A DNA stretch of 63,425 bases, counting the filler, from a bacterium (lineage in GTDB: Bacteria > JADJOY01): assembly GCA_046331705.1 (NCBI GenBank). It is 3 parts of 3 records of this genome, joined end to end, with 100 filler letters (N's around TTAATTAATTAA, not from the genome) between each part and the next. Parts side by side here need not be neighbours in the genome. Positions count along the whole stretch, not along the records: positions 45,089 to 63,425 come from JAXLQJ010000091.1; 2 more parts are not named here. One strand, 5' to 3'. Of the stretch, positions 49,345-58,688 are shown piece after piece (the first letter of the stretch is position 1; every line of letters begins with the position of its first letter). Made by a program: the position numbers and the translations under genes. The notes beneath the pieces are model-generated. The model was not told the DNA's origin and made no database searches. It saw nothing but the letters and a program-made list of their open reading frames with translations.

Positions 49345-49441
49345 CTCCTGGCCAGAGGGTTCCTGCCGGGGGTCGTCGTCGTGGTGCCCACGCTTCCAAT
49401 CGGTGAGCGCTGATTTACACTCGTCGAGCCGTGGGTAACCG

Positions 49442-50866
49442 ATGGGCACGAGCTTGATCGTCCCGAACCTTCCGCTCGACGACGACGGTACACGCGCCAG
49501 CGGTGCGCCGCGATCGCGAATCCTGGTCGTCGACGACGAGGCTGCGGCGCGCCGACTCTTCGCTCGGGTGCTGGCGCGCGCGGGTTACGACGTGGAGGTC
49601 GTCGAGTCCGCCGAGGCGGCACTCTCGCGGATCGAGGATGCGCCATTCGATCTTCTGCTCTCGGACGTGCGCTTGGGCGGCATGAACGGGATCGAGCTCT
49701 GCCGAGAGGTGCGGCTTCGCAAGCCGACGACCTTGCTGGTGCTCATCACCGCGTTCGCGGCGCTCGACGACGCCGTCGCTGGCATGCACGAGGGCGTGCG
49801 CGACTACGTCACGAAGCCGTGCTCGCCCGAGCACCTGCTCCACGTCGTGCGCCGCGCGCTGCGCGAGCGGGACCTGGGACGCGAGAATCAGCGGCTGAAG
49901 GCCGCCCTGGTCGAGCGCGAGGGGCTGAGCCGCCTGTTGGGGAACAGTCCCGCGATCGCCGCGGTGCGCGATCAAGCGCTGCGTTCGGCACGAAGCTCGG
50001 CGCCGGTGCTGATCCAGGGCGCGAGCGGCGTGGGAAAGGAGCTCGTCGCGCGCGCGATCCACGTGCTGAGCGAACGCGCGGCGGGAGAGTTCGTGGCCGT
50101 GAACGCCAGCGCGGTGTCGCAGAGTCTCTTCGAGCGGGAGCTGTTCGGGCATGTGCGGGGCGCGTTCACGGGCGCGCACGAGGATGCGCCCGGGCTCTTC
50201 GACGCGGCGCATGGTGGCACGCTGTTCCTCGACGAGATCGGCGAGCTCCAGGTCGAGCTCCAGCCCAAGCTGCTGCGCGTTCTCGAGGAGTCGGAGGTGG
50301 TTCCCGTCGGGGGAGTGCGGCCGAGATCGGTGGACGTGCGGCTCATCGCCGCCACCAATCGGGATCTCGAGGCGGACGTGCGCGCGAACCGGTTCCGGCG
50401 TGACCTCTACTATCGGCTCAACGTCGTGTCGATCCGAGTACCCTCGCTCGCCGAGCGCCGTGAAGACATCCCCATGCTGGCCGAGCACTTCCTGCGAGAG
50501 GCCTCCCAGCGTCTCGACCGCGAGCTGGTGGGGTTCAGCCCAGACGCGTTGGCTTACCTCTCGGGCCGCGCGTGGCCGGGGAACGTGCGCGAGCTCCGCA
50601 ACGCGATCGAGCGAGCGAGCGTCTTCGCGCAAGGCTCGGTGATCACCCGCGCAGATCTCATGGTGCCGACCCACCGCGAGACCCTGGACGGCAGTCTGGA
50701 CCACTCGCTGCCCTATCCGTTCGAGGACCTGACGCTCGAGGCGGTCGAGCAGATTCACATTCGGCACGTGGTCGAGGCGTGCCACGGCAATCGAAGCCGC
50801 GCTGCGGACGTGCTCGGGATCAGCCGGTCGACGCTCTGGCAGAAGCTCAAGGACGAGCCCGAATGA
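49442..50866 (+). CDS. sigma-54-dependent response regulator (NtrC/AtoC family)
   Basis: REC (VVDDE, LSDVRL), [31 protein letters not shown], Fis HTH. Confidence 0.94.
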   Translation: MGTSLIVPNLPLDDDGTRASGAPRSRILVVDDEAAARRLFARVLARAGYDVEVVESAEAALSRIEDAPFDLLLSDVRLGGMNGIELCREVRLRKPTTLLVLITAFAALDDAVAGMHEGVRDYVTKPCSPEHLLHVVRRALRERDLGRENQRLKAALVEREGLSRLLGNSPAIAAVRDQALRSARSSAPVLIQGASGVGKELVARAIHVLSERAAGEFVAVNASAVSQSLFERELFGHVRGAFTGAHEDAPGLFDAAHGGTLFLDEIGELQVELQPKLLRVLEESEVVPVGGVRPRSVDVRLIAATNRDLEADVRANRFRRDLYYRLNVVSIRVPSLAERREDIPMLAEHFLREASQRLDRELVGFSPDALAYLSGRAWPGNVRELRNAIERASVFAQGSVITRADLMVPTHRETLDGSLDHSLPYPFEDLTLEAVEQIHIRHVVEACHGNRSRAADVLGISRSTLWQKLKDEPE

Positions 50867-51262
50867 CGGTGTCGGCGGTCGGGCGAATCGTGGGATCCTG
50901 CGCTGCGATGGGCGCCTGGCCGCGGTGCTGCAGCGCAGGGCCAGCGGCTGGGCCCGCGGCGGACGCTCTTTGGTGCCGCTATGTGCATCGACTTGGCATC
51001 ACAGGTGTTCACTTTCCGACCACTCGCGCAACGGAAGTGTTCAGTTCTCAAACTAACGTGAAGGCGGAGCTCTGCTCGCTTCAGGACGGGGACGATGTTC
51101 CGCGACCTCTGACGGGCCAAGCTCTCGAAATCAATGAGCGTTCGGTCGTCGCTCGAGGCCCGCAACTCATCCGGTTGTTGCTGGGTCGGTGCGGAATGCC
51201 AGTTGCAGCCGTCACCCCCCGCGGATGGGTACGACCAGCCCGTCGCATGGGTGGAGGGATCG

Positions 51263-51877
51263 ATGCTGGTTCTCGAACGATCGAATGCGTCGCAGGGCGG
51301 CGGTACCAATCGATGGCCCGCGGAGCTCCACCGCGCAGGAAGCCTGCTGCAGCTGAGGCGCGGGGAGAGCGTTTACGCCGAAGGTGACGATGCAGACGGG
51401 GTCTACTTCCTCGTTGCCGGTGGCCTGAAGCTGGTGCGACGCACGCCGAGCCGCGGTGATTTCATTCTCGATCTCGTGTGGCCTGGTGGAGTGTTCGGTG
51501 AGGAGGGCGCGCTTGCCGGGCGGCGGCGCCTCGCGCGGGCTCTCGCGCTCAGCGACAGTCGATTCCTCCACGTGACCCGCTCTTCCCTGAGCGAGCTCTT
51601 TCGCAGCTCGCCGATGGTCGCGTTCGATCTCCTCGAGCGCATGGCGAGACGGCAGGGGGCGATCTTCGAGCGAATGCTCGAGCTCACGTGGCCGAAGCCT
51701 GCGGACCGAATCGCCAGCGCCCACGAGCGTCTCTCCGACCTGGTCGGAGGTGGGGCCGAGGGCGCGCGGGTCGCCGTGGCGGACGTGGCGGCGCACGCGT
51801 GTGCCAGCACGCACGCGGTGCGCACCCACCTCGCTTCCGGCAACGACGTGTCGACGTATGCCGTCGACGATGCGTGA
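51263..51877 (+). CDS. Crp/Fnr-family cyclic-nucleotide-binding regulator
   Basis: GGAGG RBS; GESVYAEGDDADGVYFLVAGGLKL, PGGVFGE, C-terminal HTH-like segment. Confidence 0.75.
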   Translation: MLVLERSNASQGGGTNRWPAELHRAGSLLQLRRGESVYAEGDDADGVYFLVAGGLKLVRRTPSRGDFILDLVWPGGVFGEEGALAGRRRLARALALSDSRFLHVTRSSLSELFRSSPMVAFDLLERMARRQGAIFERMLELTWPKPADRIASAHERLSDLVGGGAEGARVAVADVAAHACASTHAVRTHLASGNDVSTYAVDDA

Positions 51878-51932
51878 GCCGGTCGCCGACGACGAGACGA
51901 ATGGTTCGACGAACGGGGTCGGGTGCGGTCGG

Positions 51933-52715
51933 CTACTGATAGCCGCCTGAAACGACCAGTACCGAGCCCGTCACGTAGCTCGCCGCTGGCGAGGCGAGGT
52001 AGAGCGCTGCGCCGGCGACCTCATGCGGCTGCCCGAAGCGCCCGAGCGGAATCCGCTTGAGTGCCTGCTCGGCGATGTCCGGCGTCTCGATCAGGGCGGC
52101 CGCGAATCGCGTCTCCACGAGTCCCGGTGCGATCGCATTCACGCGGATGCCAGCAGCGGCGAGCTCGTTGGCAAATCCGCGGGTGAGGTTGATCACCGCC
52201 GCCTTGGTCGCGGAATAGACGCCGATTCCGGGCATCGGTTCGAGTCCGGCCACGGAGGCGATGTTCACGATCGAGCCGCGGCCGCCCGCCTGCTCGTCTT
52301 GGCCGGCCATGATCTCCGCCGCGCGCTGAGTGCAGAACAGCATTCCGTTCACGTTGACCTCGAAGGTCTTCGCGATCGCGGCTTGATCGGCGGCCAACAT
52401 CGGGCCGAACAGCGGGTTCGTCGCTGCGTTGTTGACCAGGACATCGAGCCGACCCCAGCGAGCGCGAATCTGCTCGAACAGAGCATCGATGTCGGTCTGA
52501 CGTCCGTTGTGGCAAGCGATCGCCGTCGCGCGGTGGCCCGAGCGAGTGAGCGCCTCGGCGACCCGCCCAGCCGCCTCTTCCTTGCGGCTGGTGAGCACGA
52601 CCTCGGCGCCGGCTTCGGCGAGCGCCGTCGCGATGGCCTCGCCGATGCCGCGGCTGGCGCCCGTGACGAGCGCGATCCGGCCATCGAGCCGGAAAGAGTC
52701 GAGCACGGAGGACAC
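51933..52715 (-). CDS. Classical SDR oxidoreductase (DHRS4/FabG-like)
   Basis: TGASRGIG, LVNNAA, YSATK, VNAIAPG. Confidence 0.93.
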   Translation of the reverse strand: MSSVLDSFRLDGRIALVTGASRGIGEAIATALAEAGAEVVLTSRKEEAAGRVAEALTRSGHRATAIACHNGRQTDIDALFEQIRARWGRLDVLVNNAATNPLFGPMLAADQAAIAKTFEVNVNGMLFCTQRAAEIMAGQDEQAGGRGSIVNIASVAGLEPMPGIGVYSATKAAVINLTRGFANELAAAGIRVNAIAPGLVETRFAAALIETPDIAEQALKRIPLGRFGQPHEVAGAALYLASPAASYVTGSVLVVSGGYQ

Positions 52716-52748
52716 GATCGGATTCGCGTCAGGGGGACGCTGAGCGCG

Positions 52749-53420
52749 TCACGCCGCCTTCGCAGCAGGCGCGGACTTCTTGCGGCGCTTGGATGCTTGG
52801 ATCGTCACCAGCGTGCGCGGCGCACCCGGAAGCCCACCTCGGATCACCAACAAGTTCTCCTCGGGCCGGACGTCGATCACTTCGAGCCCGATGACCGTGA
52901 CACGCTCGGCGCCGTAGTGGCCCGCCATGCCCTGGCCCTTCCAGACCTTGCCCGGCTCGGTGTGCATTCCGATCGAGCCACCGTGGCGTTTGGCCTCGTG
53001 GGTGCCGTGCGTCTGGTTCTTGCCGCGGAACCCATGACGCTTCATCACGCCAGCGAAGCCGCGGCCGCGCGAGGTGCCGATGACGTCGATCCGATCGCCC
53101 TTGTGGAACACTTGGTCCACGGTGATGCGGTCGCCCGGCTTGTACTGCCCGACCTCCGTCGCCGTGACGCGCGATTCACGTAGCGCGCGCGTGGGGCGAA
53201 TGCCGGCACGCTTGAAATGACCCTGCGCCGGCTTCGACTTGAAGGACGTCTTGCGTTGACCATAGCCGAGCTGGAGAGCGTCGTAGCCATCGTTCTGTGA
53301 GGTCTTCACCTGCACGACGATGACGGGTCCGGTCTCCACGAGAGTGACGGGAATGCGCTCGCCGGTCTCCGAGAAGATCTGGCTCATTCCCAGCTTGGTT
53401 CCGAGCAATTGAATCGGCAT
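52749..53420 (-). CDS. rplC: 50S ribosomal protein L3 (outside the S10 operon)
   Basis: LLGTKLGMSQIF, PVTLV, DGYDALQLG, GRGFAGVMKRHGF, GSIG, MAGHYG, NLLVIRGGLPG. Confidence 0.95.
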   Translation of the reverse strand: MPIQLLGTKLGMSQIFSETGERIPVTLVETGPVIVVQVKTSQNDGYDALQLGYGQRKTSFKSKPAQGHFKRAGIRPTRALRESRVTATEVGQYKPGDRITVDQVFHKGDRIDVIGTSRGRGFAGVMKRHGFRGKNQTHGTHEAKRHGGSIGMHTEPGKVWKGQGMAGHYGAERVTVIGLEVIDVRPEENLLVIRGGLPGAPRTLVTIQASKRRKKSAPAAKAA

Positions 53421-53723
53421 GACTTGACTCCCAATCGAGGCCACTTCAGGGCATCCCGCTATGTATAGCGAACGCCGTCCATGTTGGAAAGCGTCCGCTG
53501 ACGGGAGGCGTGGTCTGCGAGGATCGCCCACCGCGTTCGACCGGCCGATTCGAGCCGGGTGCGGGGCCGATCGCGCGTTGCCCGTCCCCGACCCCCATGG
53601 TACTTTCCGCCGTTCGTCGCCGGCCGCGACTTCGCCGGCGCGCCCATCTTCCCCGCGAATCCAGCGCAGAGTCCGCAGGCTCGCATCGATGCGAAGCATT
53701 CGCGGCGCGACAGGAGCGAGCTC

Positions 53724-54839
53724 GTGAATCCCACAGTCCAGCTACGCATTGTTCGCAGTCTGCTAATGACATCGCTGCTCGTGGCGGCGGCGTGCGATCG
53801 AGCGCCGGTCGAAGGCGGCGGCACCGCCAAGTCCACAGGCTCGGCGACCAGCGGAAACGACGTCGTGGCGAAGATCGGCGACCAGCAGATCACCCGTGCC
53901 GAGCTCGAGCAAGCGGCGGCGAACGACCTCGACGACCTGGAGCAGCGGCGTTATCAGGTGCTGAGCGGCTACCTCAACCGCATGGTGCAGGAGCGGCTCT
54001 GGAAGGCAGAGGCCGACGGGCGCGGCACCACCGTCGAACAGCTTCGCAAGGTCGAGGTCGAGGACAAGGCCACGCCCCCGTCGAGCGAAGAGATCGATGG
54101 CTTGCTCGGCCAAGAGCAGTACAAGCGCGCGCTCGACAGCCGTCTTGCCGGGGCGGCAGACGATGCCGAGAAGGAGAAGCGCACCCAGGCCTTCCGGCAG
54201 CAGATCGAGGGGCGCCTCAACGCCGATCGACGCGAGAAGCGCGCGCAAGCCTTCACGGAAGAGCTTCGCGCGAAGCGTCCGGTCTCGATCGCGCTCAAGC
54301 CGCCAGCGGTGAGGCGCGTCGAGGTGCAGGTCGGCGATTCACCGAGTCGCGGCTCGTCCAAGGCGCCGGTGACGATCGTCGAGTATTCCGATTTCCAGTG
54401 CCCATTCTGTGGCCGTGAGCAGACCGTCCTCGAGCAGCTCCGCCAGCGCTACGGTGAGAAGCTACGCATCGTCTACAAGCACTTCCCGCTCACCAACATC
54501 CATCCGAACGCGCAGAAGGCCGCCGAAGCGGCGGAATGCGCCAACGAGAAGGGGAAGTTCTGGGAGCTCCACGACGTGCTCTACGCGAACCAGTCGGCGC
54601 TCGAGCTCGACAAGCTCGCTGGCTACGCTCAGCAAGTCGGTCTCGATCCGGTGGAATTCCGTCAGTGTCTCGACTCCGGTCGCATGGCGGCGCGCGTCAA
54701 GCGCGATGCCGACTCGGCGCAGACGGTGGGGGTGACGAGCACGCCGTCCTTCTTCGTGAATGGGATCAAGGTGCGGGGCGCGCAGCCGATCGACTACTTC
54801 CAGGGGCTCATCGATGGCGAGCTTGGCGCCAAGAGCTGA
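53724..54839 (+). CDS. DsbA/thioredoxin-domain lipoprotein with SurA-like N-terminus
   Basis: AAAC lipobox; APVTIVEYSDFQCPFC, YKHFPL, GVTSTPSFFVNG. Confidence 0.9.
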   Translation: MNPTVQLRIVRSLLMTSLLVAAACDRAPVEGGGTAKSTGSATSGNDVVAKIGDQQITRAELEQAAANDLDDLEQRRYQVLSGYLNRMVQERLWKAEADGRGTTVEQLRKVEVEDKATPPSSEEIDGLLGQEQYKRALDSRLAGAADDAEKEKRTQAFRQQIEGRLNADRREKRAQAFTEELRAKRPVSIALKPPAVRRVEVQVGDSPSRGSSKAPVTIVEYSDFQCPFCGREQTVLEQLRQRYGEKLRIVYKHFPLTNIHPNAQKAAEAAECANEKGKFWELHDVLYANQSALELDKLAGYAQQVGLDPVEFRQCLDSGRMAARVKRDADSAQTVGVTSTPSFFVNGIKVRGAQPIDYFQGLIDGELGAKS

Positions 54840-54867
54840 CGGGCGCTGCCCGCTGGCGGGAGCGCGC

Positions 54868-55359
54868 GTGCTGCGCCTGCGGCGGGCGCTCGTGTTTCTG
54901 GCGCTCGCTGGTGCCGGTTGTGCGGGCGCGCGTCCCAGCCCGCTCGCGGTCTCGAACTTGTCCGACGTGCTCGGATCGCTGGAGACGCTCACCGGCCAGT
55001 ACGAGTCGTTCGGCGTGCCGAAGGCGGACGTTACGGCCTGCAGACACAAGTTCACCGCGGTCCGAGACGCCGCGCGACTCGAGCGTTGGGACGAATCGGA
55101 AGCGCGGCTCGCCGAGGCGGTCGCGTGCACCCGAGCCATCGGCGACGACGTCAGCGCGATGCTCGATCGCCTGCGCGCCAACGATCACATCAACATGGAT
55201 CTGAAGGTGTTCATCGGGAAGAACGTCGACTTCGGACAAGGGCTCTACAAGCTGGTGCGCATCAACTGGACCCCCAAGGGGGACAGCGTGCGTTACGATC
55301 TGGAGCTTCAGGCGATCCCGTCCGGGTTGCTGCGCACGTACTCGTTCATGCTGCGCTGA
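54868..55359 (+). CDS. Hypothetical lipoprotein
   Basis: LALAGAGC lipobox; start uncertain. Confidence 0.6.
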   Translation: MLRLRRALVFLALAGAGCAGARPSPLAVSNLSDVLGSLETLTGQYESFGVPKADVTACRHKFTAVRDAARLERWDESEARLAEAVACTRAIGDDVSAMLDRLRANDHINMDLKVFIGKNVDFGQGLYKLVRINWTPKGDSVRYDLELQAIPSGLLRTYSFMLR

Positions 55360-55394
55360 GCGGCTCGCTTCGGGGCCAGAACGTAGCCGTCGCA

Positions 55395-55437
55395 ACGAAG
55401 AAACGCCGCAGCCCGGGAAGGGCTGCGGCGTTTCGTG
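55395..55437. terminator. Bidirectional intrinsic terminator
   Basis: AAACGCCGCAGCCC-GGGAA-GGGCTGCGGCGTTT, 14-bp stem between convergent genes. Confidence 0.8.
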
Positions 55438-55461
55438 TTGGTGCGCGCGGCGCGGGTTCGA

Positions 55462-56700
55462 TCAGTCGGCCACGATCGCTTCCAGCTTCTGGGCCTCGAT
55501 GGTGCTGCGCAGACGCTGCAGGGCCTTCGCCTCGATCTGGCGAATGCGCTCGTGGGTGAGGTTGAAGAGCCGGCTGATCTCGCGCAGCGTGTGGCCGGAC
55601 GGCTCGCCGATCCCAATGCCGAAGCGAAGCCGCAGGATCTTCTCCTCGCGTGGCGGGAGCGTCGCCAGCGCGCTCTGGACCGCGCTGGTGAGCTCGGCGT
55701 CGAGCGCCGACTCGAACGGCGAGCTCGCCTTCACGTCTTCCAGGATCTCGACGAGCGCGCGGTCCTCGCGTCCCGCGGGGGGTTCGTCCAAGCTGACCGC
55801 TTCCGTCCGAAGCCCGAGAAGGTCTTCGACCTTTTCGACGGGCATGCCCTCGTCCTGTGCGATCTCCCAGACCTCGGGCTTGCGCCCGAGCTTGCGCCGC
55901 AGCTCGCGGCTGGTGCGCATCACGCGACGCCGCGCATCCTGGACGTAGATGGGCGTACGCACGGCGGCCCCGTGGTTCTCCAGCGCGCGCTTGATGTACT
56001 GGCGAATCCACCACACCGCGTACGTGCTGAAACGGTAGCCGCGCGACGCGTCGAACTTCTCCACGGCCTTCATCAGGCCGAGGTTGCCTTCCTGGATGAG
56101 GTCCATCAGCGGCAGCTGATGCTGGCGGTAGCGGTTCGCGATGTGGATCACCAACCGGAGGTTGGCCTCCGTCAGCTCGTTCTTGGCGTCCTTCAGCTGC
56201 TCGAACGCGATCGAGACGCTCTTCAGGAAGGCACGAATCGCGGTGCGGTGCTCCGGCTTCACTGCGGGCGAAGGCTTCGGAAGCACGAGTGCCCGGAGCT
56301 CCTCGACGAGCGTCTCGGTGAATCCGTCCGGGATCTCCATCACGATCTGGTACTCGGTGCGCATCCGCGAGTAGCAGGGGCACAGGCGCTTGATTCCCGG
56401 GGGTGGCTTCTCGATCAGCTCGCGGATGCTCGCGCGGGCGGCATCGATTCTTCCGGCGATCTCGAGCTCGCGATCCCGCGATGGCAGCGGGATCATGCTC
56501 ATCTCGCGATAGTAGAGCAGCTCGACCGCCGCGGGATCGCTGAGCGGGATCTCGTCGGACTCGGCGAGCGGAAGCGGTTCGGGGGGCGGAACGTCCTCGC
56601 CCTCCATTGCGGCCGCATCCTGCGGATCGAAGAGTTCCTCTTCGCCGGGCACCTCGGCCAGATCGAAGGGCTCTTGCTCGTTCTGCATGGTGTCTGACAT
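55462..56700 (-). CDS. Alternative RpoD/RpoS-like sigma-70 factor
   Basis: ANLRLVIHIA, DLIQEGNLGLMKAVEKFD, FSTYAVWWIRQ, SLDEP, LRLRFGIG, ERIRQIEAKAL. Confidence 0.92.
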   Translation of the reverse strand: MSDTMQNEQEPFDLAEVPGEEELFDPQDAAAMEGEDVPPPEPLPLAESDEIPLSDPAAVELLYYREMSMIPLPSRDRELEIAGRIDAARASIRELIEKPPPGIKRLCPCYSRMRTEYQIVMEIPDGFTETLVEELRALVLPKPSPAVKPEHRTAIRAFLKSVSIAFEQLKDAKNELTEANLRLVIHIANRYRQHQLPLMDLIQEGNLGLMKAVEKFDASRGYRFSTYAVWWIRQYIKRALENHGAAVRTPIYVQDARRRVMRTSRELRRKLGRKPEVWEIAQDEGMPVEKVEDLLGLRTEAVSLDEPPAGREDRALVEILEDVKASSPFESALDAELTSAVQSALATLPPREEKILRLRFGIGIGEPSGHTLREISRLFNLTHERIRQIEAKALQRLRSTIEAQKLEAIVAD

Positions 56701-57055
56701 CGCTTCGCCGCCTTTCAGCCCTGTCGGGCCCGTTCCGCCGGTCTCACGTTACGGCGCACTGCGTCGTAGGTGGGAACGCCCTCACCTCGGCCGAGCCGTG
56801 GGCCGGTCTAACTTGCTGAGTTGTCTAAAGTTTCTCGCTTCGCGAAAGCGGGTGGGCCCGAGTCGCCTACCGCGGCTCTGCGATTAGACGACTGATGATA
56901 CCAAATTATTTCGCGCGCCGCATCTCCTTTCTTTCGCCGCTGCTCTCGCCTGGCTGCGGACCCGGCATCCGGCTCGTGCCGGTCACCCGCCACGCCGCAT
57001 CGCCCCCCGACGAATGCGCTTCGCGTCGGCCGGCGGGCCGTCGTATGCTGCCCGC

Positions 57056-57982
57056 ATGAGCGACCCGCTTCGGCCGGTGCGTGAGCCGATTCGCCGTGCG
57101 CAGATCACGCGCCTAGCATCGACGGTGCTGGTCGCTCTGGTGGCGGGCCGGCAGCTGGCGATCGCGAAGCCGATTCCCGTGGCGTCCGACGGGATCAAGC
57201 CCACCCGCCTGCGGAGCGAGGTCGCGCTGGTCGACGAGCCGAGTCGGCACGCCACCGAATACCTCGAGATCGCTCGCGACGGCGCGACGTACACGTTCAG
57301 CTGGGCGCTCGCGTTCCCCGACGGCGCGGTGTGGAGCGAGGTCGCTTCCGGCGAGGTCCGCGACGGAATGATGATCCCGACGCAGGTGCGTCGCACGGAG
57401 CAAGACGCCAAGGGGCAGATGTCGCTCGACATGAACTCACCGGACCTCACGCGGCCGGTGGTGAAGGTGCGGGTCGCGCGTGGCGGAAGCGCTCCGGACG
57501 AGGACGAGATCTCCGTCGACGATCCCCCGCTCTACCCGCCCGTGATGACGGGAACGCTCTATCATCACCTGTTCGAGCCGGGCGCGAGCGCGCTCAAGTT
57601 CTCGACCCTCGCCGACTATCCGTGGGGCCTCGGTGCCGCACCGATGGAAGCCGTGGTGAGCGAGCGCGCCGAGCCGGCCGACGTGGCGCTCGGTTCGCGC
57701 TTGCTGCGGCGCGTGACCTTGCGCCCCGTCATGCCGTGGCCGCTCGCGTCGATGGTGGATGCGATCGGCATCGACACGGCGGTGTTCCTGTGGGTCACGG
57801 ACACCAGCCCGCACGGGCTGCAGCGATACGAAGGTGCGTATCGGTACGACTCGGGGCGGTATCGGGGCGACGTGGTCGAGCAGCGTGATCTGGCCGAAGG
57901 CGAGCGCTCCGCCGCATGGCCGCCGCTCGGCGACCGCGGCAGCGCGCAACCCCAGGCGCGCGCAGCGGCGGCGATACCCTGA
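57056..57982 (+). CDS. Hypothetical exported beta-rich protein
   Basis: Signal-like N-terminus; long ORF with typical codon bias. Confidence 0.6.
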   Translation: MSDPLRPVREPIRRAQITRLASTVLVALVAGRQLAIAKPIPVASDGIKPTRLRSEVALVDEPSRHATEYLEIARDGATYTFSWALAFPDGAVWSEVASGEVRDGMMIPTQVRRTEQDAKGQMSLDMNSPDLTRPVVKVRVARGGSAPDEDEISVDDPPLYPPVMTGTLYHHLFEPGASALKFSTLADYPWGLGAAPMEAVVSERAEPADVALGSRLLRRVTLRPVMPWPLASMVDAIGIDTAVFLWVTDTSPHGLQRYEGAYRYDSGRYRGDVVEQRDLAEGERSAAWPPLGDRGSAQPQARAAAAIP

Positions 57983-58566
57983 GCCGCGCCGAGCTCGATT
58001 CGACGCAAGCGCCCGCGGCACCGGCGCAACGAGCGTTCCGCCTCTTCCTTTCCACCGCGCTCGTCGCGACGCTGGCGGTGGTCGCCGAGCAGCGCATCGT
58101 CGAGGTCTCGCGCATCGTCTCGGGATCGATGGAGCCCACGCTCGCCGTCGGCGACTGGTTGATCAGCACGTCCATCCCGATGCTGAATCTTCCGATCGCG
58201 CGAGGCGACATCGTGACGTTCTACCCACCGCGCGGGCGGCCCAGCCCCATCCCGCTCGTGAAGCGGGTGATCGGCTTGCCAGGCGAGTCCGTGGCGGTTC
58301 GAGGCGGAGCCGTCTTCATCGACGGAACCCGGCTCGACGAGCCGTACTTGCACGGAACTTCCACGCCCTATTCGATGGTGGTCGCCAAGGTTCCCGAGGG
58401 AACGGTGCTCGTGCTCGGAGACAACCGAGGTCGTAGCGAGGATTCGTCGGTGTTCGGAGCGGTCGAGCTCCGCAGGCTCCGCCACAAGGTGTGGTTGCGG
58501 ATCGCTCCCACCTCGCGACACTGCTCGTTCGCGGGCCCGGTGTTGGGCTTTCCGCCGTGCACGTGA
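57916..58566 (+). CDS. lepB: Signal peptidase I (start uncertain, possibly ~57979)
   Basis: SGSMEPTL (Ser), RGDIVTF, VKRVIGLPG (Lys), GDNRGRSEDS. Confidence 0.9.
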   Translation: MAAARRPRQRATPGARSGGDTLSRAELDSTQAPAAPAQRAFRLFLSTALVATLAVVAEQRIVEVSRIVSGSMEPTLAVGDWLISTSIPMLNLPIARGDIVTFYPPRGRPSPIPLVKRVIGLPGESVAVRGGAVFIDGTRLDEPYLHGTSTPYSMVVAKVPEGTVLVLGDNRGRSEDSSVFGAVELRRLRHKVWLRIAPTSRHCSFAGPVLGFPPCT

Positions 58567-58688
58567 GATCGCTCACCCGGCGCGCGCGCCGTCGCGGGGC
58601 CGCCACCTTGCGGGCGGGTCCGACGAGCTAGACTGCGATTCGATCGCGGCCGCGCCTCTCTTTCTCTCGGTATTCTCTCGGTACCGCC

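Noticed and set aside
50993-51010. TTGGCATCACAGGTGTT as a sigma-54 promoter for the Crp-like gene
   Set aside because: The -12 position reads GT rather than GC, and it lies ~250 nt from the start; insufficient support.
49302-53420. Genomic island integrated at tRNA-fMet
   Set aside because: No integrase and no duplicated tRNA 3' end seen; the tRNA is followed by its own terminator.
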